Origin: a virus
Taxonomy: Duplodnaviria; Caudoviricetes
Reading direction: 5' to 3' (one strand)
Length of the DNA: 58,728 nt
IMG/VR virus record: IMGVR_UViG_3300032046_000029
Span: 1 to 58,728 of that record
Shown here: positions 1-8,831 of the stretch, piece by piece
Numbering within the stretch: the first letter of the stretch is position 1
Layout of the letters: each line of letters opens with the position of its first letter
Program-made: the position numbers and the translations under genes
Notes under the pieces: generated by a model
The model's database searches: none
Told to the model about the DNA's origin: nothing
Seen by the model: the letters and a program-made list of their open reading frames with translations, nothing else

Positions 1-145
1 CTGCGCCCAGGAAGTTGGGGGCAGGCGGGCGTTGGGCCGCGTTCCAGATCATGGCCTTGGTCGCCAGGAGCGTAAAGTCCGCCGGGAGTGCCCGGCAGAG
101 CCGGTAGAGGTGCACCTGGTGCCAGGGATAATCGAGTATTCTCAA
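1..145 (-). CDS. 5' part of a gene running off the window (MRILDYPWHQVHLYRL...), possibly glycosyltransferase-like
   Basis: TTG start 8 nt after the stop of the head gene; frame stays open to the window edge; function is a weak guess. Confidence 0.35.
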   Translation of the reverse strand, partial: MRILDYPWHQVHLYRLCRALPADFTLLATKAMIWNAAQRPPAPNFLGA

Positions 146-153
146 TCTGCCTT

Positions 154-2064
154 CTATGCCCATATTGCTACTTTCGGAAGCCACCTTGCCCACTCCTGTG
201 CCAGCGCCGCCGGGAGCCACAACTCGTATGGGTTCCACGTCTCGGACAGGTGGACACAGTCGTCGCAGTTGTGAACCACGAAGTCATTGGCGATATAATG
301 ATGCCCTGTAGTAACCTCTAGATTGTAGACGGTTTGACAACTATGCATACTGGGGTATAATATACGCATATCACTGTAGTGAGGCAACTTATGGCGTCCG
401 ATCCTACTTATCCGTGTGAAAACTGCGGAAAACCAGTTGGTAAGACGACTCAGAGAGGGAATTACCAAAAACGATTTTGTTCGATCCGCTGTCGCAATGT
501 CGCCAATGCCAAGTCCCAACCACATAATGGGACTTACTGTATCTGCTGTGGCAAGTATCGTCCGGGACGCAAACAGCCCAAGAGTTCCCTGTGCCAGGAG
601 TGTACCGGGACACTTTGGACTCCAGAGAGAACGATCTACCTGACCCAACATTACTCTATTGACGGGGCCGTGAAAGTTGCCTCCGCTCTGGGTCTTGAAC
701 ATTCCCAAGTTCTGAGTAAGGCTAATAAGTTGGGCCTCAAACTTACAAAAGAGGCGCAAGGCAGAATCATTCATTCTGTTGCCGCTGTCTATATGCGAAA
801 GCGCAATCCAATGCACCAACAGGGATCTAAAGATAAAGTGGCTCAATGGAGACGCGACAATCCCGAAAAGACACGACAGATCATGGAGTGTGTTTTTGAG
901 GGCAAACAGAAATCTCAGAGGGACAAGCCCTCCGGCCCTGAGCGCAAACTGCATGGGATGCTGGAATCCCTGGGCGTTAGATTTGATGTAGCCTATCTCA
1001 TTAAACCCAAGTTCATTGTAGACGTGAAAATCGGGAACCTCATTATCCAGGTTGATGGAGATTATTGGCATGGGCATCCACGCTTTGAGCCTCTCACGGA
1101 ACGGCAACAATCGCAAAAGAAACGCGATGAGTCGCAGGATACCTACCTTAGAACCTGCGGCTATACCGTAGTCCGAATCTGGGAAAGCGACCTCGTGCTC
1201 GATAAAGTGATTGCCACACTTAATGAGTACGGCATCTCCATGCCGAATATTTTCAGCACTGATCCATCCCCGCTGGGTTAAAAACGGATGGTTGGGCGTG
1301 CACGAAATGTGGGACTGCCCATCGCTTACGGAAAGCAATTCACCACAGTATGGATTCCGATATATCTTAGTCACAATCCCTGATCCCGACATAGTCGAAA
1401 CTCGATCCCCAATTTGGATCATTTCGATTGGGCGTTTTCCATCTGGAGTCTCGATCATCGTACCAGCCGGAAAACAGTGCTCGGCCTGCCCCAGTCTCCA
1501 GTAGACCAGTAGCAATCCCGGCTGGTCCCCTTCCTCGAACTCTAATTCACACCGGCAGTTCGTGCGGCATTGCGTCTGCCCATCCCCCGGCACCTGCGGG
1601 AGCAGCCCCTGCGCCAGGCCGGTGTAGAAACTGGCGCGGGCATTGCCGCCGTAGAGTTGGGAGCGCCACTGGAGGTACTTCTCTGAGTAAAAGTTCGCAT
1701 TGCCGGCCAGCGCATTGAGCGCGCTGTTTTGGATCGCCTGAGCATAGCGGTTCAGGTACCCGTACTGCGTCCGGCAGTGCGCCCCCAGCCGCCCCCACTC
1801 GGCTTGAGTGATGTTCGCTGCCTCCCCCCCATGCGCGATGATCAATGCATTGGTATGCAGGTACTTGAGTTCCTCCCGCATCGCCTGCTGCCAACTCTCG
1901 GCGCTTAAGTTTCCGCTATGGAGTTGCGAGGCTAAGTCTATAGCACGCCGGTCGAAGTGCTCAACGTAAATATCCAGCGCCGCCCGCCTGGACTCTATCG
2001 TCCGCAGGCGGGGGTAGGGGGCGCCGGGGTTGGCGACGTCGAGGGGACTGGTTCCACCCGGCAT
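154..2064 (-). CDS. Phage minor head/head morphogenesis protein (gpF/SPP1 gp7-like) containing an intein
   Basis: ATG overlaps the portal stop (TAATG at 2062-2066); follows the portal gene; Cys motifs CRTNCRC and, after splicing, AEHCDDC. Confidence 0.75.
   Translation of the reverse strand: MPGGTSPLDVANPGAPYPRLRTIESRRAALDIYVEHFDRRAIDLASQLHSGNLSAESWQQAMREELKYLHTNALIIAHGGEAANITQAEWGRLGAHCRTQYGYLNRYAQAIQNSALNALAGNANFYSEKYLQWRSQLYGGNARASFYTGLAQGLLPQVPGDGQTQCRTNCRCELEFEEGDQPGLLLVYWRLGQAEHCFPAGTMIETPDGKRPIEMIQIGDRVSTMSGSGIVTKIYRNPYCGELLSVSDGQSHISCTPNHPFLTQRGWISAENIRHGDAVLIKCGNHFIEHEVAFPDSDYGIAAGSKVGILRLIAFLLRLLPFRERLKAWMPMPIISINLDNEVPDFHVYNELGFNEIGYIKSNAQGFQHPMQFALRAGGLVPLRFLFALKNTLHDLSCLFGIVASPLSHFIFRSLLVHWIALSHIDSGNRMNDSALRLFCKFEAQLISLTQNLGMFKTQSGGNFHGPVNRVMLGQVDRSLWSPKCPGTLLAQGTLGLFASRTILATADTVSPIMWLGLGIGDIATADRTKSFLVIPSLSRLTNWFSAVFTRISRIGRHKLPHYSDMRILYPSMHSCQTVYNLEVTTGHHYIANDFVVHNCDDCVHLSETWNPYELWLPAALAQEWARWLPKVAIWA
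334..361 (+). promoter_or_regulatory. Sigma70-type promoter inside the intein coding sequence, facing the antisense endonuclease gene
   Basis: TTGACA(334-339)-16 nt-TATAAT(356-361), perfect hexamers. Confidence 0.8.
379..1281 (+). CDS. Vsr/DUF559-like (PD-(D/E)XK) putative homing endonuclease with N-terminal Zn-finger motifs; likely start is ATG at 391
   Basis: CENC/CSIRC/CICC/CQEC motifs; C-terminal FIVD..IIQVDGDYWHG..KRDESQD.YL...GY.VVRIWESD; GTGAGG RBS before ATG 391. Confidence 0.85.
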   Translation: MRQLMASDPTYPCENCGKPVGKTTQRGNYQKRFCSIRCRNVANAKSQPHNGTYCICCGKYRPGRKQPKSSLCQECTGTLWTPERTIYLTQHYSIDGAVKVASALGLEHSQVLSKANKLGLKLTKEAQGRIIHSVAAVYMRKRNPMHQQGSKDKVAQWRRDNPEKTRQIMECVFEGKQKSQRDKPSGPERKLHGMLESLGVRFDVAYLIKPKFIVDVKIGNLIIQVDGDYWHGHPRFEPLTERQQSQKKRDESQDTYLRTCGYTVVRIWESDLVLDKVIATLNEYGISMPNIFSTDPSPLG

Positions 2065-3647
2065 TATGCCTCTGTTTCCTCGAATACTTCGGGCAGCACA
2101 TCCCGCAGCCGCGCTACTGCCTGTGTGATGTCCTGCTCGGTGAACGTCACCTGGCCGGGTACGGGCGACAGCGGAACGGAGACGATCTTCTGCAGGGCCG
2201 CGGCCGGCGGGTTGCCGTCTGTAGTCGCCGGTTCCTGGCCCGGCTCGGCGGCCTGGAAGGCGACGGCCTCCGGTACCTCTTCCTCGACCTCCTCTTCCGT
2301 TTCCTCGTCCGGTAGCGGCATGGCTATCATCTCCTCTCCCTGCGGGATATTCAACCTCCGGAGGGCCTCCATCAGGTCCACGTAAGTCGGCGGGACGTCC
2401 AGCCGGCCCAGCAGCCCGCGCACGATCTCGAACAACTGCGCGCGGGATTCCGGTTCCAGGCCGACCGTCCGCACCCGCACGCGGGGCGAGTCGGGCGGAA
2501 AGTTTGCCCGCTCTACGATGGGCAGACAATACTCGTTCAGGTGCCGGTCGATGTCTGCTGCATCTTGCATCAGCAGATCCTCGGCTATGTCGGTCAGCTT
2601 ATCCGCCGACGTCGGCCCGCCCAGGTCCCCACCGGTCACGTCCTGCATCGCCTGTGGCGGGATCAGCATCCCCACACTGATTTTTCGGTCGTGGTGGTCG
2701 GCGATCTCGTGGAACTCCCCGACGGCCCGCGCGCTCTCCAGGAAAGCGAGCGTCCACTTGCGCACGGCGCTCATCTCCTCGCCGCCGGTCATCTGATCGG
2801 TCGTCGTGTAGACCGACGAGGCCAGAGCGACCGTCGCACCGGAGCGCACGCTGTCGCCGACGGCGGTGGCGACGTCGCGGTTGGAGGAGCCTGATGGGTC
2901 CGTGCCGGGCGGGAATCCGACCATGACGGCCGGGTTGATTTGCTTCTGGAGCCACACGAGGTAGAGGTCGTGGCCGAAATGTTTGGCCCACCATTCCTTG
3001 TAGGCATTCTCCAGCCGGCCGCTTCCGGCGTAGGCCCCGAATGCCCGCGCCTTGCCCATCGTGATCCACAGGCTGAAAAACGCATCCACGTCGCCGTCGG
3101 TGGTGGTGATGCCCAGGAACGTCCGGCCCTTGGGGTCGAAACGGGCACTGGAGGTCACAGGGTAGCATTGGTCGAAACCCTCGACGATGTAGGGAGTAGC
3201 AGAGCTATTCCACACGGGCGGGGCGCCGATCTCCTCCGGCTCTGGCACCTGGAAGCGAAACTTCTTGATCAGGCCACAGGAACCGAGCGCCACGGCCTGA
3301 GATGCCTGGATGATGAACTCGCGTTCCCAGGCCCGGAACATGGCCTCGATGAATCTGCGCTTCGCCTCGTCCGGGCATTCCACTACCCGCTTGGCCTTGA
3401 CCAGAGAAGCGGTGATGAAGCCCATCGCAAGAGCGATGACAGGATCGCGCAGCATCTCTAGCTTTACGCGCTCCGGGATGTTCCTGGCGGACGTCATGCG
3501 ACCGTAGCGCCGCTCCGGGTCCCCCAGCCAGTAGCCGTAGGTGCCGAAGAATTGACTCTGCGCGGATGGTGCAGTCGTGCGCGGGGTTTCCGGGAGAATC
3601 TGCCCTTCTGGGGCTTTGGCTATGTGGGTAGTGGGTTTTTCTGGCAT
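2064..3647 (-). CDS. Portal protein (DUF935/Mu gp29-like)
   Basis: 527 aa, lies between terminase and minor head genes; portal-like C-terminus (GGPTSAD..IDRHLNEYCLPIVERANF). Confidence 0.75.
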   Translation of the reverse strand: MPEKPTTHIAKAPEGQILPETPRTTAPSAQSQFFGTYGYWLGDPERRYGRMTSARNIPERVKLEMLRDPVIALAMGFITASLVKAKRVVECPDEAKRRFIEAMFRAWEREFIIQASQAVALGSCGLIKKFRFQVPEPEEIGAPPVWNSSATPYIVEGFDQCYPVTSSARFDPKGRTFLGITTTDGDVDAFFSLWITMGKARAFGAYAGSGRLENAYKEWWAKHFGHDLYLVWLQKQINPAVMVGFPPGTDPSGSSNRDVATAVGDSVRSGATVALASSVYTTTDQMTGGEEMSAVRKWTLAFLESARAVGEFHEIADHHDRKISVGMLIPPQAMQDVTGGDLGGPTSADKLTDIAEDLLMQDAADIDRHLNEYCLPIVERANFPPDSPRVRVRTVGLEPESRAQLFEIVRGLLGRLDVPPTYVDLMEALRRLNIPQGEEMIAMPLPDEETEEEVEEEVPEAVAFQAAEPGQEPATTDGNPPAAALQKIVSVPLSPVPGQVTFTEQDITQAVARLRDVLPEVFEETEA

Positions 3648-3741
3648 AATTTACCGCCTATGGCATTATGACCATAATCCTATACCTTATATCTCGCAGT
3701 CGCTTGCATATGGAATTAATGATAAATTGCCAATTATTGCG

Positions 3742-4209
3742 CTATTCTAACCAAGCCCAGCTTTTCCCATGCTTGATTGCGCTAATGGTCGTAGGACCCA
3801 CCCTGAATAGCTTTGCGATTTTGCTAGGTCCCATACCTCCTGAGAGTAAGTCTCTAATCTCGTGTACTTGTATCTCAGACAATTTAGCGCAAGCAATTCT
3901 ATATCCACGGGCTTGGCGACCTTTTTTGACCATATCCTTACTATTACCGGGTTTCGTTTCTACGAACAAATGCCTTGGGTTACAACAACAAGGATTGTCA
4001 CAATGATGGCAGACAACCATACCAGGAAGAATATCTCCATAGGTTAAAATAAAGGCAACTCGATGTGCTGTCGTCGTTTCCTTTCCCATCCAAACTCTAC
4101 CATAATTCTTATGCCTACGTCCGTCCTTTGCCGCCTTCCAGGGCCAGCATTCATTGGGCTTGCCTATATCTACCTTGTCCCAGAACTGTTCCTGTAGACT
4201 TCTTGCCAT
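3742..4209 (-). CDS. HNH homing endonuclease
   Basis: ECWPW..YG..AHRVAF..VVCHHCDNPCCCNPRHL..N..DM, plus C-terminal HTH; AT-richer than flanks. Confidence 0.92.
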   Translation of the reverse strand: MARSLQEQFWDKVDIGKPNECWPWKAAKDGRRHKNYGRVWMGKETTTAHRVAFILTYGDILPGMVVCHHCDNPCCCNPRHLFVETKPGNSKDMVKKGRQARGYRIACAKLSEIQVHEIRDLLSGGMGPSKIAKLFRVGPTTISAIKHGKSWAWLE

Positions 4210-4253
4210 TCCGTTTCCCTCCCCTATAGCATTACGGCCATAACTCTACAGAC

Positions 4254-4772
4254 TCAGCCCCCTACCGGCTCGAACGTTGGCTGCGGAGGGTAGGGGGTTG
4301 CAGTAGGGTAAGCCGTCGGACTGGGACCGATGTCCGGGCAGACCGGCGTCGGCAGGCAAGTCGGCATCGGCGCTGGCGTATACGTCGGCTGGATAGGCCA
4401 TTCTGGCGGGCAGTCCGGCGCGCCGGGACAGCTATCCCACCAGTGAGCCTCTACGTCCGGCGTGCGGGTCGGTAGGGGCAGGACCGTAGGGCGCGGGGTC
4501 GAGGTGGGAGAATGCTCAGGAGTGGGAATGGGAGAGACAAGCGTAGGAAGCGGAGAGATGGGGGAGATGGGGGACGTAAAGAATGCAGAAGGGGGGTCGC
4601 CAGGCAAGGCCAACGACAGAGCGATGGTGATGGCCAACGTCCCCATGCCGCCCAGGATGACTTGCCGGGTGCTCGCAGCGCGCAGTCCATGCCAGGCTAT
4701 CCGTATGCCGTCCTTTAGGCTTTCTATCATAACCTCATGCCTCATTTTGCTGGCGGATGTCGCCGCCATCAT
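4254..4772 (-). CDS. Pro/Thr-rich membrane-anchored protein
   Basis: One hydrophobic segment followed by PTP repeats. Confidence 0.55.
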   Translation of the reverse strand: MMAATSASKMRHEVMIESLKDGIRIAWHGLRAASTRQVILGGMGTLAITIALSLALPGDPPSAFFTSPISPISPLPTLVSPIPTPEHSPTSTPRPTVLPLPTRTPDVEAHWWDSCPGAPDCPPEWPIQPTYTPAPMPTCLPTPVCPDIGPSPTAYPTATPYPPQPTFEPVGG

Positions 4773-5172
4773 CGCCGACTATCACCGTTGCCGGTGAATG
4801 CCGTTCCCGGTTTTGCACCGTCCTGTTAATAAGGACAGAGAGCGGGTTCTCCCCGGCTGTGATACGATATAATTGCTCATCCGTCAGGGCAGCCATATTG
4901 ATCTCCGTCAGGACAGAGAGCGGGTCCTCCCCGGCTGTGATACGATATAATTGCTCATCCGTCAGGGCAGCCACCTCGGCCTCAATCCGGCGGATGTCAC
5001 CGCCATCACCGCCGGCCAGCACCGCCAGGCCGAACTCGGTCGCCTCACGCAAGATCACGGACAATTTTACCCCTCGGTCTCGCGCCCACCTCTCCGCTTC
5101 CTCGTACAGCGGAAGGGGTAGACGATAGCCCACCGACACTGACACATCTTTTCCGCTAACTGTCGTCACCAC
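4735..5172 (-). CDS. Small ribbon-helix-helix-like protein with two copies of a TerS-like C-terminal motif
   Basis: GGAGG RBS plus GTG at 5172; repeat ALTDEQLYRITAGE(D/N)PLSVL. Confidence 0.6.
   Translation of the reverse strand: MVTTVSGKDVSVSVGYRLPLPLYEEAERWARDRGVKLSVILREATEFGLAVLAGGDGGDIRRIEAEVAALTDEQLYRITAGEDPLSVLTEINMAALTDEQLYRITAGENPLSVLINRTVQNRERHSPATVIVGDDGGDIRQQNEA
4833..4972. repeat. Tandem direct repeat, about 62 nt near-identical, 75-nt period
   Basis: ggacagagagcgggt(t/c)ctccccggctgtgatacgatataattgctcatccgtcagggcagcca occurs twice. Confidence 0.9.
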
Positions 5173-5185
5173 TTCTATACCTCCA

Positions 5186-6964
5186 TCACAGTTGCCCCCG
5201 CAGACTGCCGGGGACGTAATGCCGTTCCTTGCCCGTTCCGGGCGATTCATCCTCCCCGCCACGTGCCTCCGCCGTCTGGCCGGGGTCCGGCGGGAGGATC
5301 GAGAGTGCGACTTCGCAGTAGGCTTTCGCGTGGTGCAGGTGGTCGGGCTTGCCTGTGTGGGGGAAGGTGTAGGCCGTCGAGCCGTCCTCCCGCACCCGCT
5401 TGACTTTGACGTTGGCCGTCATGTGCTCCAGCAGGCCCTCTACGTTTTCCCACTCTGCCGGGAGTTCGTCTATCCCCAGTTGGAGTTTCGCCCCGGCCTC
5501 GTCCAGCGCCTTCGTGCGCTCGATCTTGACCACCCCCCGGCCTCGATCCCAGCGCGCCATGTCCGCCTCCGGCGAGTCCAGGTACTGCGCCAGCCACACC
5601 CGGCCCCGGTGGCGCTTCTGGAATTCCACGTCGAGCCGCAATTCCGGCGCATCGTCCACCACGCAGCGCTGGACGTTGTAGCGGGCCATCAGTACGTCCA
5701 GGTCGCTCCAGTCCAAGACGTTGCCGATTGCCACCGACCGCTCGCGCCCACCGGGCCGCCGTTCCTTGATCCAGTAGTATAACTCCAGCCCGACGTCCAC
5801 TCCCATCGCCGTCCAGGCCGCTCCTGGCGGGAAGGCCGGGTACTGGCCGGGCAGGGCGGCGCAGGCGGCCAGGGCCTCGCGGGTGAGCCGGGCGCCTTTC
5901 GGCTCGTAGGGTAGCCCTAAGTCGCCGTTCCAGAAGGCTTGCCGGTCCAGGTCACGCTGGGCCTGGCTGTGCTCCCAAAGTTCGTCGAGGTCCAGGCGCT
6001 CGTCCACCAGGCGCGGGATCCAATACCCCACGACAGCGCTGCCCGGATTGCGCGCCCGCCAGCGCGCCCGCCCCCCGCTCCACATTCCCACCCGCTCTAT
6101 CGCCGCATGGCAAGTGGGGCAGATCGTCCGGGCATGTGGATCATCGGCGACCGGCCCCCGCACCAGTGACCAGTCCAGCCGGTGCCACTGCCCGCACCCC
6201 TGGCACCGGACCTCTACCTCGCGCCGGTCGGACGCCTGGTACTCAGCGTCTATCCCCAGGTCCGGGTAGGTCGGCGTCGAAAGGTCGATCTCCCAGCGCA
6301 TCGCGGATGCCTTGAGGCGGTCGCGGATCAGGGGGATGGCGGCGGGCGGCACCCGGTCGAATTCGTCCACGATCGCCAGGTCTGCCGGCGATTCGCTCAG
6401 TTGCGCCGCCCGGCGGGGATCGCCTTTCGGGATAGCCGTAGACCGAATGTAGAGGTTAAATCCCCCCTGGAACGTCTTCAGCCCCACGTTATCTATGTTG
6501 CCCGCAATGGCGTGAAAGTGGGGACTGGCGGAGATGGCCGGGTCTACGCGGGAGTGGGCGAAGTTGCCTTGCGTCGGGCCGGGCGGCAGGGCGTAGAATA
6601 CACTGCCTCTGCCGTTCAGAACGTAAAACGATAGGTTCAAGGCGAACTCCGTCGCCCCGATCTGTGCGGCCTTGCGGACGACCATGCGCCCGCCGGGCTG
6701 GGCCAGTTCGTCTATGGCTTTGTAAATGTCCTCGAACCAGGGATAATCCCGCAGGGAGAACCGCTGCGGCTTACCCTGTGCTTTGTCCAGAATCCAACGG
6801 CGTTCCCGCGTCCACCCCAGGAATGGCAATCTCGCTGGTGGGCTTCCCGTCGGCGGGTTCGGATGTCGCCGTCTTTTCTCCCGTTTCGCTCGTTCTCTTA
6901 TTGCCTGTTCCTGCAAGGACAGCAAGCGGGTCCTCCCCTGCCGCGATGCGGTCGAGTTGCTCAT
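5186..6964 (-). CDS. terL: Terminase large subunit (GpA-like)
   Basis: Walker A variant RKAAQIGATE, Walker B AIVDEFD, STPT motif, Zn ribbon, nuclease MGVDVG, C-terminal DHLHHA. Confidence 0.92.
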   Translation of the reverse strand: MSNSTASRQGRTRLLSLQEQAIRERAKREKRRRHPNPPTGSPPARLPFLGWTRERRWILDKAQGKPQRFSLRDYPWFEDIYKAIDELAQPGGRMVVRKAAQIGATEFALNLSFYVLNGRGSVFYALPPGPTQGNFAHSRVDPAISASPHFHAIAGNIDNVGLKTFQGGFNLYIRSTAIPKGDPRRAAQLSESPADLAIVDEFDRVPPAAIPLIRDRLKASAMRWEIDLSTPTYPDLGIDAEYQASDRREVEVRCQGCGQWHRLDWSLVRGPVADDPHARTICPTCHAAIERVGMWSGGRARWRARNPGSAVVGYWIPRLVDERLDLDELWEHSQAQRDLDRQAFWNGDLGLPYEPKGARLTREALAACAALPGQYPAFPPGAAWTAMGVDVGLELYYWIKERRPGGRERSVAIGNVLDWSDLDVLMARYNVQRCVVDDAPELRLDVEFQKRHRGRVWLAQYLDSPEADMARWDRGRGVVKIERTKALDEAGAKLQLGIDELPAEWENVEGLLEHMTANVKVKRVREDGSTAYTFPHTGKPDHLHHAKAYCEVALSILPPDPGQTAEARGGEDESPGTGKERHYVPGSLRGQL

Positions 6965-7343
6965 CGGTCAGTGTGCGCACGTCGATCTCGATCTGGCGAG
7001 CGGTCGGCGGGACGTCCAGGTTGAGCATCTTGGCGCGGCGTTTCTTACAATCCAGACGGGCCGTGAACCACTGAGGCGATTTCGTAGAGACGAACTGCAA
7101 AGCGGCGTCGTGCTCCATCTCATCCAGTTCTGCCAGTTCGCGTCCGCGCGCCTCTGCGATGTCTGCCACGGCGGCCTCGCGCCATTGCTGCATCAGCCAT
7201 TTGACGTCGCGGCTGACGGTTGCCTGGCTCACCTTCAGCCGTTCGGCGATGTCGGTTTCGTTGACGCGGCGCAGGTACAGGCTCGCGACCTTGCGCCGGC
7301 GCGCCAGCATCTCCCCTCGCTTCTTCGTCCGTTCATCGTTCAT
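6771..7343 (-). CDS. terS: Terminase small subunit (HTH)
   Basis: N-terminal HTH (IAERLKVSQATVSRD), RRAKMLNLD motif; directly upstream of terL. Confidence 0.75.
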   Translation of the reverse strand: MNDERTKKRGEMLARRRKVASLYLRRVNETDIAERLKVSQATVSRDVKWLMQQWREAAVADIAEARGRELAELDEMEHDAALQFVSTKSPQWFTARLDCKKRRAKMLNLDVPPTARQIEIDVRTLTDEQLDRIAAGEDPLAVLAGTGNKRTSETGEKTATSEPADGKPTSEIAIPGVDAGTPLDSGQSTG

Positions 7344-7409
7344 TATTCACTCTATACTATGCAAAACGGTCCTATGGGATTGCTAACGTAACCCCATAGA
7401 TACTGAGCA

Positions 7410-8831
7410 TTACGTTTCGACCAATCGCGGCTCTATGCCTGCTAGTAGGTTTCTTATATGTAAGGCAATGGCACGCATAAAGAGAGGCGGGACACTGTTG
7501 CCAACCCTCTCAAAGCCGTCACTGAGTAAGCCGTGAAAAGTGAAAGCATCAGGATAGAAATGTAGCCGCTTCACCTCTCCAAGTGAGATAGGGCGATCAT
7601 CAGACGGGTGCCAGATATGATAAGCGCCTGCACCGCCGCCCCTGTCTACAGTAGGTGATACCTCATTCCACGCAAGCCTATGATGACTATGATGAACTTT
7701 GCATCTTTGACCAGGTTTCACGGCCCGCATTTGCCTTAGTGTTAGGCTGTCCGCCGCAAGTCTGACATATTCTGATTGAGGCACTTGCTGAAAGGCTTGT
7801 CTGACATTGACAGGCCGTTCACTTGTCATTGGGTGCGTTGCCTGTTTCCCCAGGTCCTCTCTGACTCCAATCCAAATCAGCCTCTCTCTCGACTGTGGTA
7901 CATTGAACCACATCGCATTGAGAAGCCTACAGGAAACCCGATACCCGCTTGCTTTCAGTTCTTTCATGATCTCAGCAAATACAAGCTTCATCTTGCCCTT
8001 GACAAGTCCGCTGACATTTTCCATTACGAAAACGCGCGGCCTGAATGCTCGCAGCAGGCGCACGTACTCATGAAACAATGAGTTGCGCGGGTCATTCAGT
8101 TGCCGCTTGCCAGCGGTAGAAAAACCTTGACAGGGTGGTGAACCGTCAAGCACATCAAGTTGCCCCGATTCAACCCCGGCTAATCTCAGGGCCTCATCAT
8201 CTGACAGTTGCACAATATCCCCTTGCCAGAATGTTACATCAGGAAAGTTCAGCCTAAACGTTGCCGCTGCATTCTTATCCCAGTCTACCGCGAGGAGTTC
8301 CCTAAAACCCGCCATGCTATAACCGAGAGATGAACCACCGCAACCCGCGAACAGACTTACGACTGTCGGTGCATCTGATTCACGTGGTGCAAGATGCTCC
8401 TGCCATGCCGCCTCAAGTTTCTCAATATATGTTTCGCCCTCCAACTCTCTCTCTCTCTCTCCCTGGAAAAGCCCTACTGCGATTCTATTTGCAATCGCGC
8501 GCATCATCAATGGTGGAACGCTATTGCCAATACATGCTCCCGCCTCTCTCTGCCATTGATAAGCATCTGGAAAGCTGCCAAGCCTTGCTATCTCAATGAT
8601 TTTGGGTTTCCTGATGCCTGCATGAGTTAGAAATTGATAATCAGAACTAGCTTTCGTAACCGTTGCCGCTGGCCTTGGATGCCTGATCCAAGGATTGATC
8701 TTCATACTACGACTTGCAATAACATCTGGTATTATATCACCAATCCCAAGGGGCTTATTTCTTGCCTTGGGAAATAAATTCCCCAGGTCTACTTCGCCCA
8801 CTTGTGACCGCATTGTGGACACTCCAACCAT
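7410..8831 (-). CDS. DNA cytosine-5 methyltransferase with an extra N-terminal copy of motifs IX-X
   Basis: SLFAGCGG, GSPPCQGFS, ENV, QSRER; GNSVPP occurs twice. Confidence 0.92.
   Translation of the reverse strand: MVGVSTMRSQVGEVDLGNLFPKARNKPLGIGDIIPDVIASRSMKINPWIRHPRPAATVTKASSDYQFLTHAGIRKPKIIEIARLGSFPDAYQWQREAGACIGNSVPPLMMRAIANRIAVGLFQGERERELEGETYIEKLEAAWQEHLAPRESDAPTVVSLFAGCGGSSLGYSMAGFRELLAVDWDKNAAATFRLNFPDVTFWQGDIVQLSDDEALRLAGVESGQLDVLDGSPPCQGFSTAGKRQLNDPRNSLFHEYVRLLRAFRPRVFVMENVSGLVKGKMKLVFAEIMKELKASGYRVSCRLLNAMWFNVPQSRERLIWIGVREDLGKQATHPMTSERPVNVRQAFQQVPQSEYVRLAADSLTLRQMRAVKPGQRCKVHHSHHRLAWNEVSPTVDRGGGAGAYHIWHPSDDRPISLGEVKRLHFYPDAFTFHGLLSDGFERVGNSVPPLFMRAIALHIRNLLAGIEPRLVET

Larger units (their letters stand above)
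268..1476 (-). mobile_element. Intein (403 aa) in the minor head protein
   Basis: N-terminal CFPAGTMIETPDG, block B CTPNHPFLT, C-terminal VYNLEV..HHYIANDFVVHN followed by +1 Cys. Confidence 0.93.

Noticed and set aside
2065-2529. N-terminal 155-aa extension of the 791-aa ORF
   Set aside because: It overlaps the portal gene in another frame and is Arg/Gly-rich; the ATG at 2064 coupled to the portal stop is the better start
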